64,000 bases of DNA, taken from contig MU004243.1 of assembly GCA_010405405.1 (NCBI GenBank), forward strand, positions 243,340 through 307,339, read 5' to 3'. The position numbers and the translations under genes were made by a program. Positions 50,866 to 63,361 of this stretch are shown one piece after another; the stretch's first letter is position 1, and each line of letters opens with the position of its first letter. Under the pieces are notes generated by a model. The model worked only from the letters and a program-made list of their open reading frames with translations. It was not told where the DNA came from and made no database searches. The stretch comes from Microthyrium microscopicum (taxonomy: Eukaryota).

Positions 50866-52937
50866 TCAGCTTTTTCCTCCATTCTTGGGTGACTTCTTCT
50901 CTTTCAAGAGTTGAGATATCATATCCTTGAGCTCATCAACTTCCTTCTTTAATTTCCTCATCTCAATAATCGCACCATCAACTTCGACATTCGGTTTCGT
51001 GGCTTCCACCTTCTTGGCCCAACCGTCTTCTTCAAAGTCGCATTCGCCTGCTAGTTGCTCCCACTCCTCAATAGTGTCGTCGTCTTCGGCACTACGACGA
51101 CGATTTGACTTGACAACATGTGCTGCGCGGGTTTCCACTGCGGCAGTAATGAAAAGAAGTGGCGAGTATATCTGCGACGAGTCAGTGAACAATATGTAGT
51201 GAACATAGGTGTAACGTACTGTGGCCATGATGTAGTCATTCAATCTTTCATATGCTTTCTTCGACATCCACCACTCCAACGGTAAGATCAAGAAGAAAAT
51301 CTCAATGAGGTTGAAAGCTATAAAGATTAGCATGATAACTTGACATATTTAAGAAAACTTACGAGGAATGAACACATTCTCATCTGGTGCTCTGACAAAC
51401 TGTAGTGTCTTTTGAGCAAACAGAGCCAGATACTCATCAGTAGCATTGTCAGTAATATCCTCGTAGGCACTGTTGTAGAGCGCAATAAGGATATTGAGCA
51501 AAATGACCATGACGACAAATGTATAGATATAATACAAAATCAAGCCAAAAGGTGGTGCATAGCTGTCAAATCCGTCAAATTCCGGGCTAGTCATGATGGC
51601 GTTTAGCATGGCTTTTGTCACAAACTTGACGGCTGTGAGCTCATTATCAACCTGATCGAGCCCGACAAATGCTTGGAGAAAACCCAAGCAGATGACAACC
51701 AGCAAGGCGAAGAAGATGAGAGATTCTCGCATCATTCGAGATATGACGATGATCATGGCGCCAATGAAACGGACCGTGTCGAGATATAGCAGCAATCGAC
51801 CCCAAAAGAGTGGCGCACAGCATGCTAAGAAGTTGTAGCTGAGGACGTTGAATTTGGCTCTATCGTCTGAATCTGCTGCGTTACCGAGAGCGACCATTCG
51901 AAGGACAAATGAGACCATCAGGAGCAGGTATAATGTGGAGTTGAAGATATTCCTGTATATGTCAATATCGTGGCCAGCAAAACAGTCTGACTGGTACGTA
52001 CCAGAATTGTATGTAATTCAACCCAATCTTGAACAACTTTCCAAATTCGTCGCACATGAATCCGAGGGTGAAGATGTAGAGCAGTCCTTCAATCGCATCC
52101 AAATCACCACTAGGATTGATGGTGTTGATGGCTCCGGTGTAAAATGCGAGGTACAAGACCGATATTATGATCTGCATGGCATTTTGGTATACCGGAACAC
52201 GCATGCGATCAGGGTCCAGATGTTTCCAGTACGATGTATTAGATCGTGCCTTGTACTGAATGAACCGCGCTGGGTCGTCGGGGTCTTGCATAATCCAGCC
52301 TCGATATAGGTATGAAATGCACTTCTGATAGCCAGAGGAACCAATGACACGCAACGCATGTAAGTCGACTGCTTTCTCGACCGCATTGGCTGGTGCAGTC
52401 TCTTCCATGTCGATGATAATCGAGTATCGTTTAAGCAGAACTTCTTCCATTAGATAGTCCAGGTCTTCTTCTGCCTCAATAATCTCCTTTGCTATAACTT
52501 CGCAGGCCGTTGCACGTACGAGGTGCAGATCAGCGTCCCAGAGCTCGAGAATTGCCTGGCGCTTGAACCATTTTTTGACCATCATGAGACAGAAGATGAC
52601 AGCTCCCTTGTGCTCGCTTCCCCCGGCCGATTTGGCGGTCTCAATAACTCCTTCAGTGATGACATTGCTGTGGGGTTGGGTAACGCGTTCTTCGTCGAGT
52701 TCGCAGGGTATTACGACCTCGATTTGGTGCTTTAGTCGCAAAGCTATTATTGTGACCTCTTTGGCTGGTATCGCAGAGGGTGGAATTCGTTCGCGGCGTG
52801 TAGGGAGCACTAGACGATGGTCAGCTCCTGATTTGAAGCGATAAAAATAGCATGATCATACGAGACTGCATCTGCGCCCGCAACTCGGGGCCATTGCCTG
52901 ATTTGAATGGATTGAGAAAACTCCAATTGATCGACAT
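50866..52937 (-). CDS. YVC1: Vacuolar TRP cation channel (TRPY1), multi-exon
   Basis: ANAVEKAVDLHAL..IGSSGYQKCI..L..GW, DPDRMRVPVYQN, LLNILIALYNSAY and FVRAPDENVFIP motifs. Confidence 0.93.
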
Positions 52938-53787
52938 GATTGTTGTGCTCGCAAAGCTCAAGCTCGCTGCGACCTCACCTGGGAGCTCGAAAAGCTAGAT
53001 CTTCAGATCTGGCGGCTGAAGATCAGTGACGTAATGGTATGGTAAGGTGTAGGCCCCGCACAGTTTCAATCGTCCACAGACTACCCAGGTACGCGTTGAA
53101 CAGATACCAAAGAATCGGATTGTTTCAATTGATGAAGTTTGAAGAAAGTAAAAGTCTGAAAAAACTGATTGTTCAAAGTCAAGAAATACGCCAAATTCCC
53201 CACTTGTGCCAACCTCCAAGTTACATCCTAGCGCGAGCTTCCAACTTCCTGCTTCATGCACGATTGCCGAGAGGTCAAATGAAATCATCTTCGACATACT
53301 ACCTTAGTGATATATTTGACCTTGGAAGAACATTATGCTGACCCATTGATAAAAGGCTTGGTCTGGCCTTCGCTTGCGCTGAGTCTGGCTCTCATCCTGA
53401 TGTACCACCGAGTGTGATCTACCTGGTACGCTCACAACCTTACTCTTTAACGACTTCCAAAAGCGAACGAACCTGCTCTTATCAATGATCATTTACATGG
53501 TCTCGCGTCAGCGACAGCATGAGACCAACAGTGGCTACAACAGCACCTTTAATCTAGCCTTGGACATATTCCCATTGAATATACAGACCATATTTAAAGA
53601 CATAGCGTGTCGGCCGAGAGTCAACCACTTGTTTTCAAACGACAGAGGCTTATGATGGTATGAGCGAACTCTGTCAAACTGATAGACTGTGTATAAGTAT
53701 AGGATAGCTAAAATAATGAGAAGTAAGAATATCATATCAAAGTGATGGCCAACCATGCTCCACGCTTAACAGCAATCCAACCCAAGT

Positions 53788-54632
53788 TCAATAAGTCAAA
53801 CTCACACACCGATCATTCCACTCCCTAAAATCGCCCTTGACAAGATTCTCAAACATCCAGAATCCAACATCAGCCCGCCTCACGCCATATCCAATCGCCG
53901 GACCAATTCCACCCGGCCCAGGAGCCAGAACGTGTCTGTCCCAGCCCATGCGCACCTTATTCAATCCTTTTCCCTCTCCATCCATCAGAAGAGACGGTCG
54001 GATGACTGTATATCCAGCAAGCACTGATGGGCTTTGCTTGGCAGCAGTAACGACGATCTTTTCCATCGCCTCCTTGTCCGCGTGCGGATCGTGGAGCATG
54101 ACTTTGTAGAGCGGATACATGGCCCATGGCAAGTCGCGATTTGGTGTGTTTGGCATACCTGTTGAGCCGAGTACCACGATGTGCGGTTTGACGGCTAGAT
54201 TGTCTCCTTCTTCTTGGAGAGCGGTGATGATGTTTTTGGCAGTATCTTCACAAATTGTCGGTTGATCGAGGCCGAATGGGCGGATGAGGTTGGGCCGTAT
54301 TGTTGGTGTGCCGCCCACGCCGGATATGACGAGTGCTGGTGCGTAGACGAGGACTTGTTTGATTGATGCGAGGTCCGTTACGTTTCCAGTGACAATGGTG
54401 AGATATTGGTCTATTGTTGATTGGGAAATTGAATGTGGGGCCTCTGTGAGGAGTTTGCTGAGCTTTGCTGGTGTTCGTACGACTGATAGTATCAGCAAGA
54501 ATGGTCAGGATGCAGCATTGGAATGAACGTACAAGCAATGCATGGATATCCGGCATTGAGTGCGTGGACGAGAGTGTTCAAGGCACAACCGCCGGTAGCA
54601 CCGAAGAAAGCAACTGTTGGTTTCATGGACAT
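53788..54632 (-). CDS. NAD(P)-binding Rossmann-fold oxidoreductase (flavin reductase/NAD_binding_10-like); exons 54632-54533, 54482-53788
   Basis: VAFFGATGG, VRTPAKL, PHADKEAME, TVIRPSLL and GYGVRRADVG motifs. Confidence 0.85.
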
Positions 54633-55956
54633 GTTGAAGATTGATTGAGATCTTGTTTTTGTTAGTTCTGGGAGTTGTTCAAAAGCTAGGTTGAAAGTGT
54701 GCGAAATTTAGTTGTGATGGTTTGATAGTGACATAGGAAGTTGTGAAGGAGATGCATTATTTATATCTATGGAAAGAATCTATGATTGACATCGCGTCGG
54801 AGCATCAGACCGTATTCAGATCAACATCTATTGAACATTGGGGACTGATGTTGCATTAAGGTACGGAACCGGATAGTTTGGTGGTTGGAGAAGCAAGTCA
54901 AAGGTGTCCGATAGCCAGCCGAGCAGTTGGCATTATTGAGGCTCAGTAGGTAGTTGGAGCGAGCCATGACCGTTACTGCACATCTGAGTACAGGGGATCA
55001 AACCACAACAGGTTAGTTGGTTCTCAAACTTACTCAAGGAGGTTAATGACAGCGCTCCTGGGCGGAGGTTGACAAAGGACAGGACCGAAAAGAGCGCGAG
55101 GAGAGTCGGAGCAATGACTCTCCGATCCCATTTCCATAGGTACTTACTTCTAGTCCGTGCGCTCCCCATTCATTCACGTTAACGTCCTGAAAGCTGCAAT
55201 TGTCAACTGTAGAACATGGTCACATAATCGTCGGCGATAGGTTCGAAAGTCAAAAGATACCTAGGTAGGTAGGTACCTGGCTTCTTGCTATCTACAGTCT
55301 CCCCCCAAGCTGCGCGCCATGAATGGAAGCCAGATCTTTCCGCAGGAACAGCTCGTCAAGCACATTCTGGCAGACGCAAGCTCAAGGTATGATATGTGCT
55401 AGATGGTGTTGAATGCAATAGCAATTGATTTCTTGCGGAAACTCAAACAGTCCTGGCCTATCACTGATTGACTTGCTTGTTGGCGGAGCGAGAGTGGATT
55501 CGTTCAATACCTTTCCAGCTGAAAGGAAGCCATACTTTCCCCTCGCTCTAGATCATTGTTAGTTACATTACACGATAAGGTCGGAGCGCCTCATCGATCG
55601 CTACAGACATTACGAGCCTCACAGTGACAAGTGTCAGTTGTATGAAAGAGTAGATAGGTTGAGTAAACGTTGCAGGTGGTCGACTGATTCGTTGTCTGCT
55701 CACTTTCTTTGTCTACTGTTCGGTTCAGATGTTTTGTTCATTCATTGTATTTGGACTACAAAGGTGCTTCTGTGAGGTAGCATAAAGCAGTCAACATGAG
55801 CCTTAACAATGAAATTGAGGGCTGTCGTCTTCGCTAAAAAAATCATTATGCATGCCATAGTAGATCGATCATAAAACGTCGTCGAGTACAGTCAATGGAG
55901 ACATAGACAACATTCCCGGACTTATCAAGTGACAGTAGAAAACAAATATAATCATC

Positions 55957-56844
55957 ATGTCTAACGCATACACTCTTCGAGGATACAACATTGACTCTGT
56001 CATCCCAGAGACTCGTGACATTACAGTATCCAACCACCGCAACGCCGGACTTCTCCAATTGCCTCCAGACGTCCGTCTATGCATCTACGACGCTCTTGTC
56101 GAAAGGTTCAGCACCCGCCACAACTCCAAGACCATAAAGTCACAGCCCCTGAAGGTGCTAGCCTCCACCTGTCGAAGCCTATATGTTGAAACTCGTCCCT
56201 ACACTCTACGACGGACAATTGTTGACGTCAAGGTTCCCATGAGACAACTTGACCATTCCATCAGAGCTGCGCGCACAGTCACAAGGACTATAAGCCGCCT
56301 CAAAGCCCTGCCAGGCGGTGAAGACGTCCACGCAGACATAACCCACCTGACCGTCCGTCTCATCCACGAGAAGAACGTCCCCGGCGCCATAAACCGCGCA
56401 TTCGGCGAATTATGCGCCTGCCCAAACCGAGAGATTGGAGAACCCTGCTACAAGCCCGTAGAATCAGTTGCAGCAGTGCTAGTCCTCGCTCTAGTAACGC
56501 TCCTCCCGAGGCTGCGGCAACTAATCGTGATGATACCAGCAAAGCTTGGCGACACCGTTGATGGGCTATGCGCTTATAACCATCATCGCGTGGTGGACAG
56601 GTTTGCGGAGAGGATTGAGTATGCTCTTGGGCCTACGGTTGACGGGGGACGGAATGTTCGCGTGCACGTAACATATCCAGTGAAACGGCCTGAGGGCAAG
56701 TTTCCGCTGCATATGTTCACGGAATCGGTATGGGTCGGAAACAGTGAGAGGAATGCGAGAGACGTGCTCACTATCACTGTTATGACAAACTCGAGGTATA
56801 ATGTTGGTCCATATCATTGTCACCGTCTGATAGACTTGCCATAG
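55957..56844 (+). CDS. Dispersed, intronless F-box-like protein related to the 14.5-24.7 kb array family
   Basis: IDSVIPETRDITVSN...LLQLPPDVRLCIYDAL...LASTCRSLYVET...ITHLTV...LPRLRQL matches the array consensus blocks. Confidence 0.72.
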   Translation: MSNAYTLRGYNIDSVIPETRDITVSNHRNAGLLQLPPDVRLCIYDALVERFSTRHNSKTIKSQPLKVLASTCRSLYVETRPYTLRRTIVDVKVPMRQLDHSIRAARTVTRTISRLKALPGGEDVHADITHLTVRLIHEKNVPGAINRAFGELCACPNREIGEPCYKPVESVAAVLVLALVTLLPRLRQLIVMIPAKLGDTVDGLCAYNHHRVVDRFAERIEYALGPTVDGGRNVRVHVTYPVKRPEGKFPLHMFTESVWVGNSERNARDVLTITVMTNSRYNVGPYHCHRLIDLP

Positions 56845-57066
56845 GCGACTGCTAGATGTGTCTTCGAAACACGAACATGGTTCGACCAAGCGTTGTCTGG
56901 TTTCGTGCCTAGAGCCCGATTGTAAGTTGATAGTACAATATTACTTTTTTCTTTGCATACCTTGACCTTCTATCATCATTAATTCGCCACATGATACATT
57001 CATGTGATGCTTTCGTTAATCTTGTCTTTATAATCCATAATCATACAAACATCATCTCCCCATCCC

Positions 57067-58056
57067 CTACATCTCCCCCTCGATCCTCTCAACCTCCCTC
57101 TCCAAGTCCCCTTTCCTCTTCAAAACAACCGCATACCTCTCCGCAATCTGCGTCATCCCCCTCTCCCTCTTATACCCCTTCACCTCCTCCTCCATCTCAC
57201 CCACCTGTCCCATCAACAACTCAATCTTACCACCCAACTCCTCACCATATCCCCTCATCGCTGCCCCAAGCGTCGGATCTTCTTCACCTCCAGCTTGTAT
57301 AAAGCTATCACTCTTCCCAAGAATCCGTACCTTTAGATCAACACCCTTCGCCACAACACCTAAATGCTCTGCGCGCGCACGTACACCTCTTGCCACACTA
57401 CCATGCATCGTCTGTTCGAGAATCCGCACGGACAGTTCGAGGGCATCGCGGTGGGTGGATGCTACTTGGGCTAGTGTGTCTGCTAGACGGGCTCGTAGGG
57501 TGTCGATGGAGGTTGCGTCGCGTGCTATACTTGTTTGTAGAGCGTTGATATGTGCAGGTAATTGGTTGACTGGCAGCCGAGAGCTTGGTGACGCAATATG
57601 TGCGAGAGTATGGGTAGAAGTAAGCAAAGATGTTGAGATTGCGGCGGCGATGGCGGGTGAATTTTGCGTGAAGCGGGTAAGGTCGTCGTGTAGGATTTCG
57701 GCGTCGGAGGGGGAAATTTGGTGGGATAGCATGGCGAGGACTACGCGGGAGGCTTGGAGTAACTAATATATAGAATTAGCACTCTTATACATGGTGGTGA
57801 TTAGGGAGTGTGTATTTACTTCTTCAGGCAGACTATTCCCTGCAATGACATCGCTGAGTGCTCCCTGTACTAGCTGTCGCCGCGCGAGGTCGATGCGGTG
57901 TTCGTATAAAGCTTTTTCGACATCGGCGGCGGCGCGTTGCTGCTTGATGACTTTTGTGGTGCCGTCGGGGTTGAGGCGGCTTTGGACGATTTCTTGGTAC
58001 AGGCGGGCGAAGCGGGGGTTCTTTTCTTGGGTTGTTGTTGGAACTGGAGGAAGCAT
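57067..58056 (-). CDS. Conserved fungal coiled-coil protein, probably HAUS augmin-like complex subunit 4-like; exons 58056-57820, 57762-57067
   Basis: N-terminal MLPP...NPRFARLY...LNPDGTT, RILEQTMHGSVARG and a heptad-rich C-terminus. The family name comes from recollection only. Confidence 0.55.
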
Positions 58057-59268
58057 TTTGTGATGGAGCTTGAAGGAACCTAGGATTGGGTGTTTTGAAG
58101 GTTCAATGGTAGATTCAACATTAGTACGGCATTGTGTCTGATTTGAATCTGAGCTGTTTACTACTTTCAGGGGACGAGAAGTTGGAGATGCGGCGTTAAG
58201 GAGGTGCTTGAAATGTTAGGGCCGTTGGTGTTTAGTTGAATGCAATTTCCGCCTCAGAGCCGCACATGCTTGATCTATGAATTGATTTCCTTTACTTTCA
58301 TCTGATCTTGAGATAGCAGAGACATGTATTTGATGATGGAGATATTAGAATATCTTATCTATCTTATACGGTACATTCAAGAGGTGGCCTTCACGATGTA
58401 CAGCAACAAAGATGTACTCAGAATGGAAGTATCGTAAGGAGAACAGAACATACCTAGCACCTAGTACTTAATGTTCAAAAAGCTCTCTGTATGCTCCATC
58501 ATACACCGTAAACATATACTCTATCCTAAGGAATACCTCGCTGTCACGATGATTAGAAAATCCGGGGTAGAGATTGTGATAGTCATTGTACAATCTGTGA
58601 CAAAGTGATGCGTCCGATGAGGCTACGGAGTGCTCCGGCAGATCTGTATCTTTGGTCATTTGATACCTTGACTTCTTCGACGGTACAAGATGGTATAATA
58701 AGCAAGTATATCAAGGATAGAGAGCGATGATGGACATGACAAATGAATAGAAGGATGAACATATTGCTTTGATGCCGCTAACCAATTCCGGACTCCAGGC
58801 TATTCAGCCAATCAAAGCGAGGAGATCAACGCTAAGCCCATCATGAGGAAGAGTAAATTTAGAAACAACCTGAATCTTTTGCTATTTTGCTTAAGACTCT
58901 ATGCAAACAGCATGCGCGTATTTCTTTAAGCACTTTGATAATGAACCGTGAGCCACATGCATCGCATCTCCATCAGGACTTGGCGGTTTTATCCACATGT
59001 TCATACGTTGATAGGACCCAATTTTAATGTTTGTAGGGCAGGCGCCGTTATGGCCCCCCTTGAGAATATCTCCTTCAACCTGGCTAATATGAGATCACCC
59101 TATGACGATTTGCAGTCTTTCAGTTCCAGTGTGCTAGGGACAATAGGTTGGGGTTACAGCAAGATGGTATATTGATGTCATAAAATGTTGGTTGAAGGTC
59201 TCGGGAGGCCAGAGACATGAGAGGATGGATACAGTGAGCCTCCTGAGGAACGCGGTGTGCGGCGTTTA

Positions 59269-59575
59269 CCGAAAACTTCTGTTGAAACGCAACATGCTAG
59301 CGTGCCTATTTGGATCAGAGAAGGCTTTTGGGCTTGCGCTAGATGGGGCAAAAGGGGTCAGGAAGGGTGTCAACAGGGATAATTCTCTTCTAAATGTGGA
59401 TTACTTACCGTCTTTACTACTTCAAAATACCTTACAAAAGACCACTAAAGGGCCCTAAAATAAGCCTCTACAGGGGTAAGCTGCAGCCACCGGTAGGGGC
59501 GACGCCCGCTAAATTTAGTGGGACCGCGACCCAAATAGGCACGCTAGCATGTTGCGTTTCAACAGAAGTTTTCGG
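59269..59575. mobile_element. 307-bp MITE with perfect 45-bp TIRs and TA target-site duplication (Tc1/mariner type, non-autonomous)
   Basis: CCGAAAACTTCTGTTGAAACGCAACATGCTAGCGTGCCTATTTGG at 59269-59313 and its exact reverse complement at 59531-59575. TA at 59267-59268 and 59576-59577. Confidence 0.92.
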
Positions 59576-60735
59576 TAGATGCATGGAAACAGTGGTAAGC
59601 TCAGCCTCAGCCGCACAACACATGGTCAGGAGAATAGAGGCTCAGATCCAGCAAAACTAAGAGAGATTGGATACTCTAGAGTATCTTAGAGTACCAAGAG
59701 TTTATCTTCAATTGCTCATTGTCGTCTGCGCCTCAACCTCAGCCGCTGAACTCCCGGATATGAGTACTTTAGAGTGTAGTAGAGAAAGATAGAATCGCTA
59801 TGTACAGTTGAGATACCTTGTACCTCTCTCAAGACATGGCTTGAAGAGTCTAAGAATTTACAACAAAGTACAAGTGATTTTGGTTGGGGCTGAATCATTC
59901 TCACTGCAAGCCATCAAGATCATTCTTTCGCCAACCACATCCACATCCACCACCACTTCACATCCTCTACCCTTTCTATCTTTCCCTTCCTCCTATCGCT
60001 GCTCCACTAACTCTCTCTCTCTCTCTTCTTCCTCATCCTATAATCATTTCTTCTGCTCCTATACTACAAGTAATACCCCTCGTTTCTGCGTGTCAGTACT
60101 AGTTCCCGTCCCGTCAACTGTCTCCCCGCCAAGGCCGGATCGCGCCAATCCAGTCCTTCTCCTCATTTCCTCATTTCCTACAATACACGTCGCAGACTTT
60201 TCCAGGAACATCCTCTCCTTCCCTTTCGCCCACAGCCTATCTGTTTTGCACATCATCGAAACAGTACATCCGCGTTTTCCTTGACGTCGCGCTTGGCACT
60301 CCAGTCTCTGCCCTGCTCCGCCTGCGCCCCAACGCTGCCGCTCAAACATCCTTCCACTAAAAAACTTAGAACCAACGTCAGCAATCAAATATTCCTACAC
60401 ACTCGGGCCTTCTATCCTTAACGAAACCCCGGCCTGTTCCTCGTGCTCATCACCTGTATTGAAACACAACTCTCCTGTTCCCGTTGGTGCTGCTCGGCAT
60501 TGTACAACTACCACTCAATCGCACCTCAGACCCCCTCCTATTCTGAAGCCAGCGCCTGCATCGCGGGTGCCTCGCTTCAGCCTCAACCACCGCAACCATT
60601 ACTTCATACGAGTCCCGTTCATCACTTCTAGGTGAGGAGTCTGGTCCTCACGCGCCGCCACCCTATACTGGAGCCGGCGGCTATCATAACCGTCAAGATA
60701 CTGTAGGCGGGAGACCAAAAAGAAAGGGTTTCAAG

Positions 60736-61950
60736 ATGTATCTGCCAACATCAAAATGGACGTGGAGCTTTCTCGCTGTCACATTGTTACAAGCCATCAT
60801 TGGTCTTGCGCTTGAAGGGTAAGTCTAATCGTTTGTCATCGAGACCTGGCACTAACTTGTCGCGATTAGCTACATATTTGGTCTTTTCAACAGTCAACTA
60901 CTCCCTGAAGCCCGCAATCCCCTATCAGCCGACAAAGGCAACTACACAAAAGCCATCCCTACCGATCTATCCCTCCTCATTTTCGCCTTTGTATATCAAC
61001 TAGTCCTCGTTTACGATGCATTGCGCAGTCAAAACACCATTCAAGTCATTGGTCTTGTCGTCATGAACCTCGGGATTGTAGTTTACTGTGCCCTACAGAA
61101 AGAGCAGGTCTATCAAGCTGCTTTTAACCTGAACAGACAGAACTTCCTCCCCATGTCATATTGGGACCAAGTCGATGCTTATCTTACCGCGCTACCATGC
61201 GTGGTCGCGCTGGGCAGTGCTTTGCTTGGATTTATCGCCTGGAAACTATACGGTGAATTTGGATGGAATATTTACAAGCAAATTGGTGCAGATCGCCGCA
61301 TGAAGAATCGTTATATGATTTACCAGGTATGCGCTATCAAACCCTTCAACTCTCTTTGGAATCGCTAACAACCATAGATTTACATTGCTCTACTCAAGTT
61401 CGATTTCTTCCTATTCGTCGGTTTCGAAGTTCAATTCTTGGTCCTAGTCAGCGGAACATCGGATAGCGAACGATACGTTACAGTGGCTGCAGTTCCTATT
61501 ACTGTTCTCGTTCTATTACTTGCCGCCTGGTTCGCGCAACGAGAAAACTTTTATGGCTCATTAGGCGTCATGGTACATATCTGTCCCAAACATTACTCCC
61601 GAACCTGCTAACCTTTCTTCTAGTTCGTCTACTTCGCAATGGCTGGCTACTTCATCTTCAAGCTCATCCGCATGTATGATTCCGACCGCGTCGACGCCTA
61701 CCGTCCGGCCCGCCGAACGCTCACAGTCTTCGCCATATTCACACTATTACTGGTCACAATAACGATCGTCATTGCGTCTTGGTGCATGATGAACTATAAC
61801 AAGGGCCTCAAGGACCACCTCGTCAAGCGCCGGCCAACTTCATCTAATGCCCCGGCCGGCAAGCAAGACATTGAGCTGGACTACCAAGGAGGCCAACAAG
61901 GCTTCAATCAGTCACGTCCATATGGTGGAAGCCGCATGGAAATTGATTAG
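60736..61950 (+). CDS. Multi-pass membrane protein, UPF0658 Golgi membrane protein-like, four exons
   Basis: IPTDLSLLIFAFVYQL..YDALRSQNTIQVIG, KLYGEFGWNIYKQIGAD, YQ|IYIALLKFDFF and NYNKGLK motifs, with canonical introns. Confidence 0.8.
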
Positions 61951-61960
61951 AGCGCTGCTG

Positions 61961-62010
61961 TTTTGCACTATGCATGATCATTTTTGCACTATGCATGATC
62001 ATTTTTGCAC
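61961..62010. repeat. 21-bp tandem repeat, ~2.4 copies (TTTTGCACTATGCATGATCAT)
   Basis: Exact units at 61961-61981 and 61982-62002 plus a partial unit to 62010, in the 3' UTR of the membrane protein gene. Confidence 0.9.
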
Positions 62011-62674
62011 ATAGGCTTCTGCGCGTGGTCTGGCTTTAGCGTCGACTGGTGGCGCATAATTCTTATTGGGAGCCTTTTTGACGATTCTGGCGTACTGACG
62101 GCGTTCAAACCGGCCTAACCGAGCGGTTTGCTTTATGGAACGCACTGTTTGCCATGAGCAAACGCAGTATTTCTGGACGGAGAAGAAAGCAGCGACAACT
62201 AGGCGAGGTGTTGTTCGCTGCTATGATGCGTGAATATGTTCTTTACGCTTGTGATAACCACCCCAATATTTGTCTTTACTACTATTTTTAACGAAACGAC
62301 CTACTTACAATTGCTCTCTGTTTTGCTACTGTTGTTTGGGGCGAGATACTCCGGCGTTTTATAGCGGCAATTGGGCCGATTTGTATGTATCAGAGATAAT
62401 GTCTCCAACGTAAAGAATCAATTTAGCGTCACATACATGTTGAATCGTGAAATTGCTCCGTAAATCAACTGTGCTGGGGTATCTTATTCGAGTAGACGAC
62501 TGCGGGTCCTTGAAATCTTAGCACTTTCGTTTCCAGTGTTTATCCAAACGCCTGCTCAATGCATAATGAGTAACGCGCAAGCTCGCCTGTACAATGCCCA
62601 TCAACTGCGCAATTCAACAACGAACCGTGAGACCAAGACCGCTGCACAATCCGCAGCCCATGGACAACTAGGCC

Positions 62675-63361
62675 CTACGCCTTCTTAACAGTCTCCACCA
62701 CCTTCTCCTTCGTCGCCTCCGTCTTCGTCTTCCCGCCTCCGCTATTCAAATAGCTCAAATAGCAATTCCAACCCAACGCCACAACATTAACCAACAGCAC
62801 CCTATGTTCCAACGGAACCACACTGAAATTCGCAATCTGCACCCACGGCCAAATCAACAAATTCTTACCAAACGCCTGTCCAAACGTACTCCCCATCTTC
62901 TCCCTCACCCTCTCTCCCGCACTCACACTGCTCCCATTTACGCCGCCCCCACCCACACCAGTACTGCTCTTCCAGCCTTCCATAACTGCCATGGAGCTCA
63001 AAAAACACGTCAAATTGATCGGCGTGAACACCAATTGATCCAAGCCAACGCGCGCGGCGACGGTGGTGGCTTTGGAGCTGAGGTTTACGCGCGCTTGCAG
63101 GAAGCGGTACCACGTTGTTGCTGCGGGGCCGAAGATTGTGCCGCCGTACAGGGCCATGCGGGCTGTGCGGGAGTAGGCGTGGTTGGAAGGGCCGGTGGAT
63201 TCGACGAGTTGTTGGGCGGCGATGTCGCCGGTGCCGAAGAGGATTGCGGTTGTGAGGGATTGGGTTAGGAGGGGGCGTCGTTTGAGGACGGATTGATACC
63301 CGGGGGGTTGTTAGTAGAGGACTTGAGAGAGATTGGATGGGCGGACTGACCAGCGCAGCAT
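62675..63361 (-). CDS. SYM1: Mpv17/PMP22 family mitochondrial inner membrane protein; exons 63361-63351, 63299-62675
   Basis: MLRW|YQSVLKRRPLLTQSLTTAILFGTGDIAAQQLVE, RTARMALYGG, RVGLDQLVF, WPWVQIANF..VP and WNCYLS. The intron acceptor reads CGG. Confidence 0.9.

Noticed and set aside
37454..54632. Secondary-metabolite cluster (MFS, C2H2 factor, oxidoreductase)
   Set aside because: There is no PKS, NRPS, terpene or other backbone enzyme, and the genes are interspersed with housekeeping loci.
59220..59650. Loose inverted symmetry extending beyond the MITE TIRs (GAGCCTC/GAGGCTC, GTGCGGC/GCCGCAC)
   Set aside because: The matches are only ~7 bp and irregularly spaced, so they cannot be distinguished from chance.
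61961..62010. Repeat as a CRISPR-like array
   Set aside because: The units are contiguous with no spacers, the context is eukaryotic and there are no cas genes. It is a simple slippage duplication.
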